Origin: Cenococcum geophilum
Lineage: Eukaryota
Direction of reading: 5' to 3'
DNA: 64,000 bases
Assembly: GCA_050273025.1 (NCBI GenBank)
Contig: CP158635.1
Span: 13,268,001 to 13,332,000, forward strand
Below the pieces are notes generated by a model. It had not been told where the DNA came from and did not search any database. It was given only the letters and a program-made list of their open reading frames with translations. Within the stretch, counting starts at the first letter, position 1. Each line of letters starts with the position of its first letter. This document shows, in pieces, positions 34,120-48,100 of this stretch. The position numbers and the translations under genes were made by a program.

Positions 34120-37100
34120 ATGGCTGAGGGAGAGACAAAAGGCATGGTGGATTTAGAGAAAGAGTTGAGCTGTTCAGTAAGTGCGTTCTGGTTTATTCGC
34201 TTTGGAGGTGCGGTGGAGACTGTGAACGACGGACGTCATAGGCTTTACCACAAAGACGTTTGAGAAACGATACCCATCATACACGAGTTTTATGATGTAG
34301 ACGTTGTCCTGAGATGGATCGGTCTATTATATCAAACCCAGGATCCGCTTCGCTAATTTATTTGTTCAGATATGTACAGACGTCCTATACCAGCCTCTTA
34401 CCCTCCTTGACTGCCTGCACACCTTCTGCGGCGCCTGCTTGAAGGAATGGTTCCAGTTCCAAGCCTCTACCGCAACGTCCATCCATCCGTACACTTGCCC
34501 GTCATGTCGAACTTCAGTGAGGGGCACGAAGCCGAACGCTACTGTTACCACTCTTCTAGACATGTTCCTACAGGCGAACCCAAGTCGCGGGAAGTCAGAG
34601 CAGGACAAAGATGATCAGAAGAAGAAATATAAACCGGGGGAGAATGTGTTGCCAAAGCTAAGGCGAAGGGAAGAGCCCGGGGCCGAGGAGGACCGCAGGG
34701 TAGTGCAAGAGGTTCAAGAGTTAAGTTTAAGGGAAGTAGGAATCAGTGGTGACAGCAACACCAGCTTAGAGGCTCCCAGGGATCGTAGGAGAAGGGAAAG
34801 GAGTCGGGATAGGAGTCGGGACACTAGGGACAGGGATGGGAGACAACGAAGGACGCGGGATGATAGCCGTAGTCGAGCTGAACCATTATCGTCCTCCCGG
34901 AGAGATGCCCCCCCGCGGCATGTGGAGCACCAATCGAGTCTTAGGTCTCTTCTAAGCGCCTCTGAGCTCGATTCTCAGGAGATGGAAGAGGAGATTATGA
35001 GACAAATCATGGAAGAGGGGCTGTTAGATGGAATCGATCTTACCACGATAGATGTATCACAAGAGGACGAGATCAGCGAAAGAATAGCCCAGGCGTATAG
35101 GAGACGGCAGAGAGAGAGAAAGCGTGAAAGGCAAGAGAGGCAGGAGCGGCAGGCAAGGGAGAGTCGGGGTGACACAACTCTTTCATCTTCTCCAGTGGCT
35201 CGCGAAGGTCGTAGCGAGACGAGAAGCACTCCGGCACAGCCAGCTCGCGATAGAGATCTATTTAGAAGGCGACAACATGCTGGATCGGAAAGCACAATAG
35301 TAACAACACAAAGCACATCTGCTTCGCGGCCGCCTGTATCTCGACCCCAACTCATTGATGCAGCGAATAATAATGGCCGACAACCTCATCGGAGATCCTC
35401 AAGCCAAGGAAGTACTCGCTCCATATCTCGCCCTAACCCCCCTGCCGCGCTTTCTGTGACTTCATCTAGGCAAGCAGCGCGCTCTGCCGGTGAGTTAACA
35501 GATCGTCCATCAACTTCTGAGTCGGGCGGACCAAGACGAAGACGTATGTCACACAATGACCGGAGTACTACAGACCCTGATAGGCAGCTCTTTCGAGCCA
35601 ATAATGCACTCACAACCAATTCAAATCCTGCTTCTGCATCTCCCAGGCGATCCGCTTTCCCAATCAATTCCGAAGGCTCGTCTACTCCAACACTTACAAT
35701 ATCTTCTGGCGCAGTTGTGGCGCCAACTGCTACATCTCGTCGGACCACGGATCCCACACACTCAAGGCCAGCGCGGTCGCCAAGCAGCAGCTCCCCCTCC
35801 CTCGGAGTTTCGCGGTCTACTACAGACCCTTCGGCTGCTGATACAAGGCCGGCTACCTCTGCTGCAACCGTACCTACTGCAACTCCTACTGCAACTCCTA
35901 CTGCGGCTCCTACAGTATACACTGAACCCGAAATATCGTGCAACTGTTGTGGAAAACAACACATTGAATACGACCTGCATTATAATTGTTCAAGATGTGA
36001 GAACGGCAATTACAATCTCTGCTTGAGCTGTTACCGCCTAGGCAAAGGGTGTAAGCACTGGTACGGCTTTGGCTATGCTGCCTGGCCACGGTACGAACGG
36101 CAAGCACCTTCAGGCGGATATCCTCCCAATCACGAGCATCCTCATATCCTAACAGGCCACAAGTATACAAAGCCTATTGATACGCTTCCGGATACATCTA
36201 CTATAGCTCACCGCCAAGCCACGACAAACGAAGACCCCATAAAACGTCTTCAATCAGGCGTGTTCTGTGACATGTGCCTCAAATTTGCTGACTCCTGCTA
36301 TTGGAAGTGCGATTTCTGTAATGAAGGCGCTTGGGGTTTCTGCAACGACTGTGTGAACCAAGGGCGACACTGTACACACCCTCTGCTCCCTGTGGTACAC
36401 AAGGCCGCCACCACGTCCTCGAAACAGAACGCTGAATCACCCAACCCCGCTCCAGCCTCTAGCTCGAACAGTGCCACCACTAGCACCCGCGCCGCACCCC
36501 TATCCATGCACATGGAACCAGAGCCTACGCCCACGACCCCGCCCTTAACGCCAAAAGCAGCCTCGCTGATTAGGGGTTCAGGAATCCTCGCAATCGCAAA
36601 TGCAATTTACCGGCCCCTAACCTTTTCAACTGCATGCGATATCTGCCGCTATCCGATTCCACCTTCGCACACGCGCTTCCACTGCCCACGTTGCAACAAC
36701 GGGGACTACGACATCTGCACCTCCTGCTACCATAACCTTATCTCCTCAGGCCGCATCAGCACGGAAAACGGACATCAGGGATGGCGGCGATGCCTTCGAG
36801 GGCATCGCATGGTCGTTGTCGGATTTGAGGACCGCGATAGCGGACAGCGACGCGTCGTGACGCGCGATCTTGTGGGCGGACTGGCCCTTCGAGATGAAGA
36901 CGGGATGGATTCGCAGGCTGTGCGGACCTCCGGGCGGAACGCGGATGTGGGTGTGAGTCCAAACTGGAGCTGGCGGGACGTCGATGGGACGGTTAGAAAA
37001 AGCCGAACCGCTTACGGGGCTGGCGGAGCCGCTTCCACGAGCAGTGGGGCACCGGGAAGATTCCCCCCAGATGGGGGCGTTGGGTTGAGAGTACTAACGC

Positions 37101-37258
37101 TGTGGGGTTATTTTCCAGCGGAGGGAGTGGAGGATGAGCTGATGTTTCCAAAGAATGCAGAAGTGAGGGAGGCAGAGAATATTAATGGAGATTGGTTTTG
37201 GGGGTGCTATGCAGGGGCTAAAGGCCTTTTCCCTGGGAATTATGGGAGAGTTTTGTAG
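34120..37258 (+). CDS. RING (C3HC4) + multiple ZZ-type zinc fingers + C-terminal SH3 domain protein, putative E3 ligase; exons 34120-34176, 34370-37258
   Basis: LSCSICTDVLYQPLTLLDCLHTFCGACLKEW...CPSCR; Cys-rich ZZ-like units (CDIC...RFHCPRC...DYDICTSCY); VLTLWGYFP....DELMFPKNAEV.....INGDWFWG.Y.G.KGLFPGNY. Confidence 0.9.
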
Positions 37259-37596
37259 AACGACTGAAAGATTGAGCAACCTAGAGTTTCCTGAGATTTT
37301 TGAATGGGCTTGGATTTGAGTTTGACTCGGCACGCAGGAGGAGTTGATGGATCTCGGGCTGCATCAGCCTGGTTTGGAAAAGGACACGATTCATAATTTG
37401 GTGTTTGGGAATGAGACGGGAGTCCGGAAATTGGAAATGATGGTATATGAAATCAATCTGGAGTGTTAAAACAATGCACCTAAATAATTTTACAACTAAA
37501 AACAATAAAAAGCGCATATTAGAATAATCACTATGCGTAAACGTGAGATCAGAAACAAACAAAGTGAGACAGTGGAGAAACGTTGTCGAGGGTTCC

Positions 37597-38727
37597 TTAA
37601 TCGTCCTTCTTACCAAGGTAGTTTACGAGGTCAACCATCTCGGCCTGCGACATGGCGCTGTTGATGGCTTTGTAGGATTCGTAGAGAACCCAGAGTGGGA
37701 ACCAGACCCAGAGCGTGTTGAAGAAGACAAGGTAAACCCAGCTAGAGACAGAGTCGCACGATTAGCTTTATCCATATAGGGTAGAGGAATGGAGAGCGAT
37801 GGATGAATTGAGTGATAAACTCACAGATACATCCAATTAGAAGTATCCAGGTTCGGGGATCCACTAAGCCATTCAGGAGCGAAAGTCATGAAGCCTTTTT
37901 TTGCATTTTGACGTTAGCATATTAATCACCGTTCGCGTCAAATGGACCTCGCTTTTCTACTAGTTCAGGACTTTCTTGGTAAATGGATAGTGACAAGATG
38001 CGGAGGTCCATAGAAGACGCGCTACAACCAAGACATTGAAGTTACTTTAGCAAGAAATCCCATCGGATATATTTTGCTTAGTAAGCACCTGATATACCTC
38101 TAGGCGCCTTTCCTGCCAATTTCATACTTCCACGAAAAGAACAAGGGTAAATCACTCACCTCCATAAAGCTCTGCTGTTGCCAGAACGATCATCCAAAAC
38201 CACTTCCTGTTGCCACCCTTTTCACCCCGTCGCAGTAACTCGCATATCCACAACGCAAGCGGTGCCCCCAGCCCCACTGTGAGCAACTCCAAACTTACAA
38301 CCGTCAAATCGGCGCCTCCCCACCTCCTATCTGCCTTCGCATATTCTTGCCATAGCCGACTAAAAGGACCGGATCCATATGCAGCCCCATACAACCTATC
38401 ACTCTGGCCTAAGAAGAACACATCAGGGGGCGTAAGGAGTAATGGCGGGGACGCCGGGCGCGGGGTGGAGGCCGAGAAAGAGGTCGGGAGCGAGTAGTAG
38501 ATGAGGAAGCAGTTTGCGAGGAAGGAGCCTTCAAAGAAGAAGTGGATAAGAGCATCGAAGAGGTGCCAGATGAAGAGAACTCTGACCTTCACCCCGGAGG
38601 TGCTGGGCAGGAGGCGCACACTGAGAACATAGGCCGCACCAAGCAGGATCAGGACAGAAAGGAGGGAAAGAATTGTGGCTGCGTCGATTACCGGGACATT
38701 TTGCGGGGGAGATGCTGTGGCAGCCAT
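37597..38727 (-). CDS. emopamil-binding-protein-like (EXPERA domain) membrane protein, 3 exons
   Basis: WHLFDALIHFFFEGSF, LWQEYAKADRRW, VVSLELLTV, AELYGGFMTFAPEW, WVYLVFFNTLWVWFPLW. Confidence 0.92.
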
Positions 38728-39861
38728 ATCTGCACGTGTGGAGGCCTGCGGGTTGGTACTGATGCGGGTTCCTGGCGCTTCAAACGTGACAGAAATCCAA
38801 TTGTAGTTGCAGGATCCAAAATATATTTCCCAAAGTGGCGGGCGGTGTGTGCGGCCCGTGGGGATCCGCGGCAGAATGTTCTTTTTGACCTAAAGAAGAA
38901 AAGACTGCAGCTTCCAAACAAGAAAAGGTCAGCTGGCCAGCCATTGTCGAATGGTTTAGTTCCAGCGATAAGGCACGGCACATACATAATCCACTCTGGA
39001 CCCCACCGTCTAATTCTGAAATTTTTTTTGGAATTCTTTAGGTTTGGTGGACTACCTGCACCTATAACCATACCCTTCCTGGAAGAACAAATCGAAGCAA
39101 GATGGAAAAGAAAGAACCCCGTAAACCCAATCGCCTTTCCAGCACTTGAAACACTCTGAACAACACAACGGAGGAATAACCTGCTAGTGATAATCAAGCC
39201 TGACCCCAAAAAGTCCGGCACGAACCATGGATGCCCTTCGCACAGCTGACACCAAAAATTGTCATTCTCCAGTAGTGCCGCTGATTACGATATTATATAT
39301 ACGAGAATGCCAGACCCAGAACGAAAACAAAAACAAAAAACAAACCAGCGCGCATTTCAACAAGCAACTTTTCCTTCCCTATACCAGTGACGAGAAAAAG
39401 AATAATAGGGAATCCGCAGAAGGTACAAAGACACGTCTGAAGGGGAGAGCCCTGGAAAAGAGATGCACAATTACAACCCGTCTATGGGAAAGGAAGCCCG
39501 ACAAGAAAGAGATAACCACCAAAACCCGCCGAACATCACGATAGAAAATAACATGCAAGAATCGCCCAGGAAATGCAGCACAAGCAATCCGTTCCGGAAA
39601 AATGCAAGCAAGAAGCATGACGACAGCCGCTATTGCAGCTATGAATTGTTGCAGGTAATACTGTTGGAAAAAGAAGTAGCCTACCGTGTTGACCTGGTTG
39701 AAGAAGACTCGTGAGCTTGCGAGGTATTTGCAGCTAAGGCATCATGCCTCTCCACACCACTTTGTCGTAGCCAAATAAAGTCGTAACAGCGTGATCGTGA
39801 CTCCAAAAAATTCGTTATGTTTGAAAACGACCGAATCCGTCACCATCCTTCAGTGCAGTTG

Positions 39862-42128
39862 CTACACGCAAGCCTGAGGCGTATGCGTCTGCTCAGCGAA
39901 AATACCACCATGCATGTTGTGATTGTAGAGAGAACCGCCATAGTACAATGGCGAAGTCATTCGGTCTCCAGGACCAGATCCGGTCATAGGTCCCGGGGAA
40001 GTGGAGCGGGACAGGAAATGGTTCGGACTTCTCGAGGGATATCGCGAGTCATTGGCACTATCAACAAGGGGTGACATATCCTTAGAAGGTGACGGACTGC
40101 TTTCTGCCGAGTTTTGATTGCTTCCAGAGCTATAATCATGGACATAATCACCAGCCCCATCGATGCAAGAATTTTTGGTGGTGGGAGTGGTAATCTGTGG
40201 GGAACCCTTTCCAGAGGGAGTGCCAAACTGGGACGACAATTAGCATCGAAGGGTCAGGCCATCCCAGGCCGTGGAGTACGTACGAAACAAAACTTCTGAA
40301 TCAACTCATTGTACTCCGCTGATTGCAAGTCAGGTTTCTCGGAAGAAAAAACATCAGGCCGAGTACCTGGAACTGGAGCAGCGGAAATGTTTGTCTTAGG
40401 TGTGTTGTCCTTCTCGAAGCAACCACCATTTGCTTTCGCAGCATCCTTTGGCGTCAGGCCACTCTGGTCCCCAAGAGCAGTTTGAGCGTTCGATAGGGCT
40501 GCAGAGAGCGATGCACCAAAATCATAACGCGTTGAGAAACCTCGTCCATGCGGATTTACTCGGCGAAGCGCCTGGTCCGGGAAGAAGTTCCCTCTATTTT
40601 TGTTCTTGGACTTCAGGAGTATAGTAGAATTAGGCGAGTCAGTAATGCCTCCTCTTGCTAAGCCGAAATGATACTTGGAATCAAAACCTTGGCTGAAGTC
40701 GTCGTCAAATGAGATGGGCATAGAGTGGGGTCGTGCTGCAGGTGGGGAATGTCTGCTACGTGGAACAGCTCCCAAGGAACCAGCACCGAGTACCTGCATA
40801 CCGCCTTTGGACCTTGGTTTCATCTTCTTAGTAAAGTCGACTTGGAAGTTCATCGACCCGTTGTTGTCCCAGAACTCTTGCCCATTAACGTTATACCGCA
40901 CACATAACAATAGCGTCTTCGATTCCAAGTTCGCCTGATCTGTCAGTTTGATGTTGAAGTTAAATCGGTCGTACCCATCGTTACTTTGCTTTTTGCGAAC
41001 ATCGTTGTTGTACTCGGCGACAACCTCTGACGTTGTCTTCCAGTAATCCAAAGTAAAGCGGGCCACTACGAGCTTATTAAATGCAATATTGGCAACGGCG
41101 GCGCTACCAACGAGGGTTTTGTTGTCAGCAGATAGGAAAATCCGCTCGACCCTGACTGGCATTGCCTTTCGTTCAAAAGTCTCTCTAGGAAAGTTTGCCA
41201 GCCGAATTTCCCACTCTACAGCGCGTGATGTATATCCATCATCATAGCTAAATGGATACTCGGATTCGCTATCGTAAGTTTCAACTGGGGAGGATCCAGC
41301 ACTGACAGCGATCGGCTTATCGACCTGGAGAAAGTGTCGGACCTGTTCAATGTCCTCGTTGAAATGGACAGCCTTGGAAAAAGTGGGAGTGCCAGGCATA
41401 CTCGATGGCCGCCGATGGGACGAAGGTCTAAGCGCCGGTTTCACCAACTCACCAGACTTCTTGCGGAGAAGAGGCGGTTTTATCCGCAACTCGTCATCCT
41501 CAACATCACTGTCTTCTGAAGAGCTGATGAGATTATCGGTGGTAAGCTGGGGAGCATGTTTTGACAAAGTTATCTCACTCGAGGAGCGAGAGTGTGAAAT
41601 TTTCCTAGCCTCTGGTGTAAGAGCCGATCTCGAGGGAGACACGGTTGATGCTGTATTCTGTGGCGGCGCTGGAACCCCATCTTCGTCTCGGCTTGGAGAG
41701 TGTCCTCTTTTCAGGTCGATGGATTGAAGTGCTTCGTGGAGCTCTTTCAAATTACCCAACTCTCGACCTCTATCTTCGTCATCGGAGGAATCAGGAGGAG
41801 TCGTAATCGCACCTGACGGAATCAGAAGGTTGTTCACAGGAGGAGGAGACTGTCGGAGGCTACCATTTGAGGGACCTTGGCTTTCCCGGGACTCTGAGGA
41901 CGAGTTTACACCACCCTTCGTTGTACCATTGTCCCGCGAGATAGACGGGGTGCGGCGGTGCTTGTTTAGGTATGAGGTCGAGGATATTGATCGAGGAAGG
42001 GCCGGTCGCTGAGAAGTGTTGGGCGAACCCGCACTCTGTTCGACGGCGTAAGGATGATTCCGGCTGAGGATAGGGCTATTTGGTTTTGTGGACGCAGGTG
42101 ACCGCTGGGACGGCGGCGTGTAAGGCAT
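39862..42128 (-). CDS. protein phosphatase 1 glycogen-targeting regulatory subunit (Gac1-like, CBM21), 2 exons
   Basis: RKKSGELVKPAL, RVxF-type KAVHF, CBM21 (VANIAFNKLVVARFTLDYW...YDRFNF...EFWDNNGSMNFQVDF), YNELIQKFCF/F across a GTACGT...CAG intron. Confidence 0.92.
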
Positions 42129-45100
42129 CCGGTCGACTTCCTAAGGGTCCGAGAAGTTGATCGAATGGGGTCGTATATGTTAGGAGCTCTAGGTCATTAC
42201 AAGAGATAGTATTAAGGCGAGGAGTGACTGTCGAGGTTTGGTGGTTAGCATTAGAGTTGGATCGGTCAATGAGGCGAGTAAGCGAACAGAGATTTTTTGA
42301 CTATAAACTTACAGAAAGATAGGCAGAAAACGTCCGAGAATCGGAAGCGCTTCTGATAAGGCCCTCGTAGGGTGAAAAGGTCGCGGTGGCTGAGGATCAC
42401 AGCTAGTGAAAGCTGTGACGTCGAACTATAGAGCGACAGACGAGGCTGGTGGGGATGAAAGAGGATCCTGTCGACAATTTACAGAATTGTTGATCGAGGA
42501 AAGCGAGGCCGGCGGATCCGGTGAGCGGCTGGCCCTCTGCTTTGCTCCTGCTTTGTGGTGGTGGACCGATGCTAGATCAAGTCTTCGTTTGATAAGCTCG
42601 CCACCAAGGGCTCTGATGTCGAAATTGACAAGCTTTGCTCCGCACAGTGGGAGGCCCTTTTAGTATATAGGATGCAGGCTGGCGAAGGCCTAGATGGGGT
42701 TTTGGAGGTGAGGAGAAGTGGTGAGGAGATGGTTCCGTTGCAAACGATTTCGGATGGAGGAACTAGGATGTTCTCGATAACCTCGATGGGTGGCCTGGGC
42801 CTCAGTTTCGCGACGCACGTCCAGACTCTAACTTTGCCTGCACAAGCGAATGGATGGCTTGAACGGGCTGCAGCCCCAAGATTGGTGATCCACCCCAACA
42901 GACCCGGGATGCCTTCCAAGGATTGTGCTGGGATGCGACCTTAGCACGGTAGGCGTGATGGTGGTTGGATACGGCTGTGGCTAGGGGGCCAAGCGGCGGC
43001 GGCAGCAGAGCAGCGCACACAACAGAGTTTCGGCAGGCGAAAGTAGAGTAATCCAAAGTACCGCAGAGAACCTCTTAAGACTTTTTCTGCCCAACCCACT
43101 TCGCCGCGCATGGCTGGATGCTGTGGCTACTTTCAAACAAAATCCTCCCGCCACAAGCTCCATCATCTCAACGTTCCCGGCCGAAACGGCGTAACGCTGC
43201 CCTTTTGCAACCCTCAGCCATGGCATGACAGACGGTGCGGCGTCGTTGGCTGATTCCGCAGTAACCAAGCAACCAAGCAGCGGACTGACATTGCCTATTA
43301 CCCTCGAAGAGTCTCGCACGGGGTATATGGGACTGACATGCTTTTTGCACACCGTTGACATGGGGCCGGTCGAGCACAAGCGACCTTCAGCCACCCACGT
43401 TCCGCGATGCTGAGGCTGCCCTGGTTTTGTTTTGCCCACTTTTCGCGCCGTTAGTCATCTCGCCAATTTAAAATCCACCGCTGCGAGTCACCATGATGTC
43501 ATGCCAGAACCCAATGCCGTCTCCGCCGCTCCCGCGCAAGGCCAATTGATCCAACAACCGCAAAGCAAAAAGAATAATTTCAATGGCAGACGGACGGGCT
43601 GTGCGCCCAAATATCTGTCCTCACGCTGTGTTGGGCGCGCATACTTGAAACGTGCGCGGCACTGCCTATTCAATTGTGCCTCAAAGGAACCTCTGGAGTC
43701 TATACTTGGCATGCCATAACCCCTCCAAGCGTGGCGAAGAACGGCGAAGATCACCTTTCTCCGACAACGGTCGCGAAAGGGCGGTCGGGGTCCATTGGCC
43801 GCCAACCACAACAAGCTAACAGGCCACTTTGCCAAATTCCTTTCTGCATCGCGATTGCGCACGGTGCTTCAGTCCGTAAAGGATGCTGCAAGCGAGCCGT
43901 CCGTGGCCGGCCGCCCGAAGACCCAAGGAAGTCGATGAACGCTTTGCCCTCCTCAGCGACATCACGACTTCATTTTTGGATGCCGCGCACATGGTTCTCC
44001 TGCGCCTTAATTTGAGCCCCCTTTGAAATGCCCTCATGAACGCGTCCTTGTCTCCACTTGCCTAGCCGTGTTTTGCGCGCGGCTCGGAGTCCCATAAGAG
44101 ATGATGGTGGTGCCGGAAAGATCTGTTGTTGCAGAGCGCGTTGGTGGCTGAACCTAAATTTACTTTCATCAACATGAGATGAGCTGACGAGTGCGCTCCT
44201 CCAATAAGATCTTATCATAACAATGTTTGGTCGAAGACTCCGTCTGACTTTGGCAACCAAACACTAAGGAATGACCAAGTTCACGCTCCCATCAGAGTTC
44301 AAAGGTCTCACTAAGTCAGCTACCGTATTTTCCAATTGCGATGCCCGTGAAATCCTCTTGGCCAAGCTCTTATCGCCAAATTTAAAACGCGTTGCGGCCT
44401 CGTACACTGCACGAGCTTCCTAACGCCATGGAGCAAGTCGAAACTCCGAGTACGACGACATGCAATGCAAGCCAGGGTGGCCTGTAAGTTCCTATCTGCA
44501 CATCTCAACCGCCAATGTCCGTCCGATTTTTAACCGGCAGAAAAGTGCCCACTCATCGCGCCTCGAGATGATTCTAGCTTCACCGCTCGCCAAGGCTGCT
44601 ACGCTTAAACGGCTCGGTTACAGCCAAGACATTCCACCTGGCCTCACGCTGAAGCATGGGCGAATTACCAAATCATCTACTTGACAGCAGAGTGCCAGGT
44701 TTGGACGCATATCAGTAGGTGGGAGTGGGGTGTTTAAGACCGTTATCAAAGGAGTTCCCACTGAGACAAATTTCTCACTGCAGCGGCTGTTATCTCGTCT
44801 TATCAGGCGCTACGAACCTCTGCGACACCAAGCTGCACGTTCCTATCAAACACTCCGCATCCTAGCGAGCTGAGCCAGATTGAGCAAAATCTCACCCGGC
44901 CTACTAAAACGATCCAAGCGTGAAGCTCTCCTCATGATACCTCCAGGTGTGCGAGAGACTCAGAGGCATACTTTTTACCAGCGGCTCTGTGAACCACTAG
45001 TATCTTCGTTGAAAGCATGTCATGATTCATTATATTGTGGAACAGAGACCCATAAAACCATCGACATAGAGGCTGCGCCACTGACCAACGAAGGAATCCT

Positions 45101-48100
45101 TTCGGCCTTAGCCTTCGCAACGTGTGTCCGGAGGTATTTTACAGGCATGCCATTTTGCAAGTTAAGCCTCAAACGCTCATCACCAACTATCAAGGCCAGT
45201 AGCGAGACCGTGCGCTGCCTATTTGTCCTATTGGGCAGTATTCTGCTTGGTGCTCGCCTGTCAGACCGGCATTCCCCACGCGACATGCAAGACGCAAATC
45301 AACCTCGCCAAATGTGCAAGGTCGGGGTTCACGAACGCCATTGCGGGGAAAATTATCACCTCAAAACTTGGATGCCTTAGGAATACAACGCACGAATCAA
45401 GCCATATTATTCCATCATTCAATGAGCTCCCAGCGCTCTATCTTGTTTAAGAGAACGTGACTGTGTAAACTGCCTGCTCATGTCAGCACTTTCTGCACCT
45501 GCTCACGCGGACCTCGTTCCCCGCTGCGACGGCACAACCGGAAGCCTTGGCCATGACGGATGGGAATCCTTCAAGCGTTTTAACATCGTAAATGCACAAC
45601 AAACCAGTTTTAATCAAATATCCCATGCTGTGTCGCCCTGTAGCCTTGTGGCAAGGCTTGTAACCTGAGAACCGGTCTGAAATACAAGTTTACATCTAGT
45701 CATGTCCAACTTTTTTATATAAAATAGCTACGATATAGCTACAGTGTGAAGTAGAAAGAGAAAATAGAGCTTATACCTCGTATTATTTTTAAAATAATTA
45801 GACCATGGAAGTGCAGTAAGGTATGGCAGTGGTTGATTATCGCGACCGGACCCTTTGTGAAAATTCGGTTGGTTGATAAGGAGCAGGCGCCAAATTAACC
45901 ATTCCAATTCCATCGCAAAGTGGCACGCCTTCAGCCTTCCAAGATTCAGCCGCAAAAAAATCGGTGTTGCTTTGCATAACTACAGACTCTATTGGCATGT
46001 TACCAACAATGCTATAATCATGGTAAATAGAAAGGCTACTCTAATCTCCTAAAACTGTTGAATTGCTGCAGCCTCTTTGGAGGCACCATCGACTCAACTA
46101 TCTCGCTACTAGACTTCCACCAATCACAAGCCTGCGAATATATAATTCTCATACAAGATCGTACCTCATACTAATTTTTGATTTCCTAGTTAACTACTAC
46201 CCAACGCTTTTATCAATAATCAGGCGATATAATGTTCTAGATCTAAATCAAACACGGTAAAAATTATCATAATCGGCCTGGTGGATACAATTATAGAGAC
46301 AAAGCTATTAACCATGGCCACTTTTTACTGTTTAGCCCCCTATCTTAATATTTATAGTAGAAAGGCTGCAATCTAGCTAATATATTACCTATAGATCTGC
46401 TTTACATGTTCTTAACCATCTAATTGCTCCCATATTGCCTCTGCCGTTCCGTTGTTTATATATAAATTTCTACTGGAATTTTCATATCTATGCCGGTACA
46501 TAATTAACTTGTCCGCGATTGGATATAAATCCGCGCGAATTTTGACTGCTTCCTGATCCTGGCTCGTGCCTTGGCTGCAGTAAGAGCGCTACTGCGGTAT
46601 TTGGTGTTTAGGAGAGAGGGCTATTACTCGGTCACACGACGATGTAACAACAGAGTTGAATCAGGCAAATCGGACCACGCAGTCTTCTTCGCCAGGTTTA
46701 TTTAGTTATTCTAACCATTAGTAATAGCTTAGGGAGTTATATGCATTAATTTAATTAAGCTTAAAGTAGGTATATATAGGTCATTTAACCCCGCACGACA
46801 CGGCTTACCAGACCTTCCAACCAAGGTTTTCTTGATACGGTTTAGCGTGATGGTAAAACCTCGTCAGAAGGTCGGGGAACAGATAATGACTGGACATCTC
46901 CACGGAGAATTGTGCAGCAGCGACACTGGAGTAAGATTTTTCTACATATTTTGCCACATCGCTTTCACCGCTCTCCCGTTCACTTTCCTCCCGGGAATAA
47001 CATCGGAAAGTCTGCCGTAGCTCAAAGTTTGTTCAGACTTCAGGACGCGGCGCCCCACCCGGCATTTCACAGATCAAGTAATCTAGCAATCATCGATCTG
47101 CTTTCGCTGGTGTGATATGGAGTTTATTCCGTCTGACTACTGAATGCCAAGAAACCACTTTTGTCACACCACCGGATAAGCACCAAGTAACTCGTGTACT
47201 CATCCGTTGTTGTCCCCCGAGGCAGTTTCAAGCAATCTTGAAGAAGCAGGGTCATGTTGTCAGTTTTCCAGAATAAGTCGTGAGAGGAAACGTCAGTCGG
47301 CTACGGAAATAAACGGGTCGGAAAGTTCGATGCACTATGGCAGATGCTAGCAAATTGCCAACACTGTCGGATAGAGCCAACACCTTCGAAGCGTTTCTGA
47401 GACAGCCGCCACAACGGTTATGCAGTCAACCTGGACGCAATGCATGGCGGAAAAACAAATATAATCACATCGCTGCCGCAGATCCATTTATTCTGCGCTC
47501 AATTGAGGATGAGTAAGATTAAATGGAGGTTAAAACGATAGCGACGGCCCGCCGCCGACGGAAACCCTTCCGAGCAGCTTCTAGCCATTCTCAGCCGGTC
47601 GCCAATGAGGGCTTTTCTCGGGATTCGGCTTCATGCTGCAGCTTTATCGACTGATACCAGCCATTGTGTGCGGCAATGCTCACACAACATTGGACCCAAA
47701 ACTCCAGTTCACTATGCCCCCGTCATGTGTAACAAACCCACTCTGCACATGGCAACTTCAAACTCATGAGGCATTAGCTTGCCATGCCGAGCCTCGAGCC
47801 GCGCAGCATCCAAAGCCTTTCTCATGTACAACTTCATTCTTGAATGATACTATGTGTTATCAGATTTCGCCACTGCCTCCTTTAGATCTTTCTAGAACAA
47901 GGTGATTGACTTTCTACCCCTCCCAGTTCCGTACCGTAGTTGCCGTTCCGTCAAGGGTCCTACCCGCTTACTCGCGGCTCACATTCAGCCTACCCATACC
48001 AACGGATTAGACTTGTGGCCGAGCACTGCCGAAGGGTGTGGCTCATTGATATGTAAGTGTCAACGTGTCCCAAGCAGATCCCGCCGAACAAGGCAGTACC

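Noticed and set aside
34975..36962. Antisense ORFs within the RING-SH3 gene
   Set aside because: Shadow ORFs of a GC-rich, low-complexity coding strand.
38542..39714. ORFs of 80-205 aa between the EBP-like and Gac1-like genes
   Set aside because: They overlap promoter or 3' UTR sequence, are mutually overlapping and show no domain-like features.
46785..46800. TTAACCCC piggyBac-like terminus
   Set aside because: No partner end or transposase, and the adjacent sequence on the element side shows no RIP.
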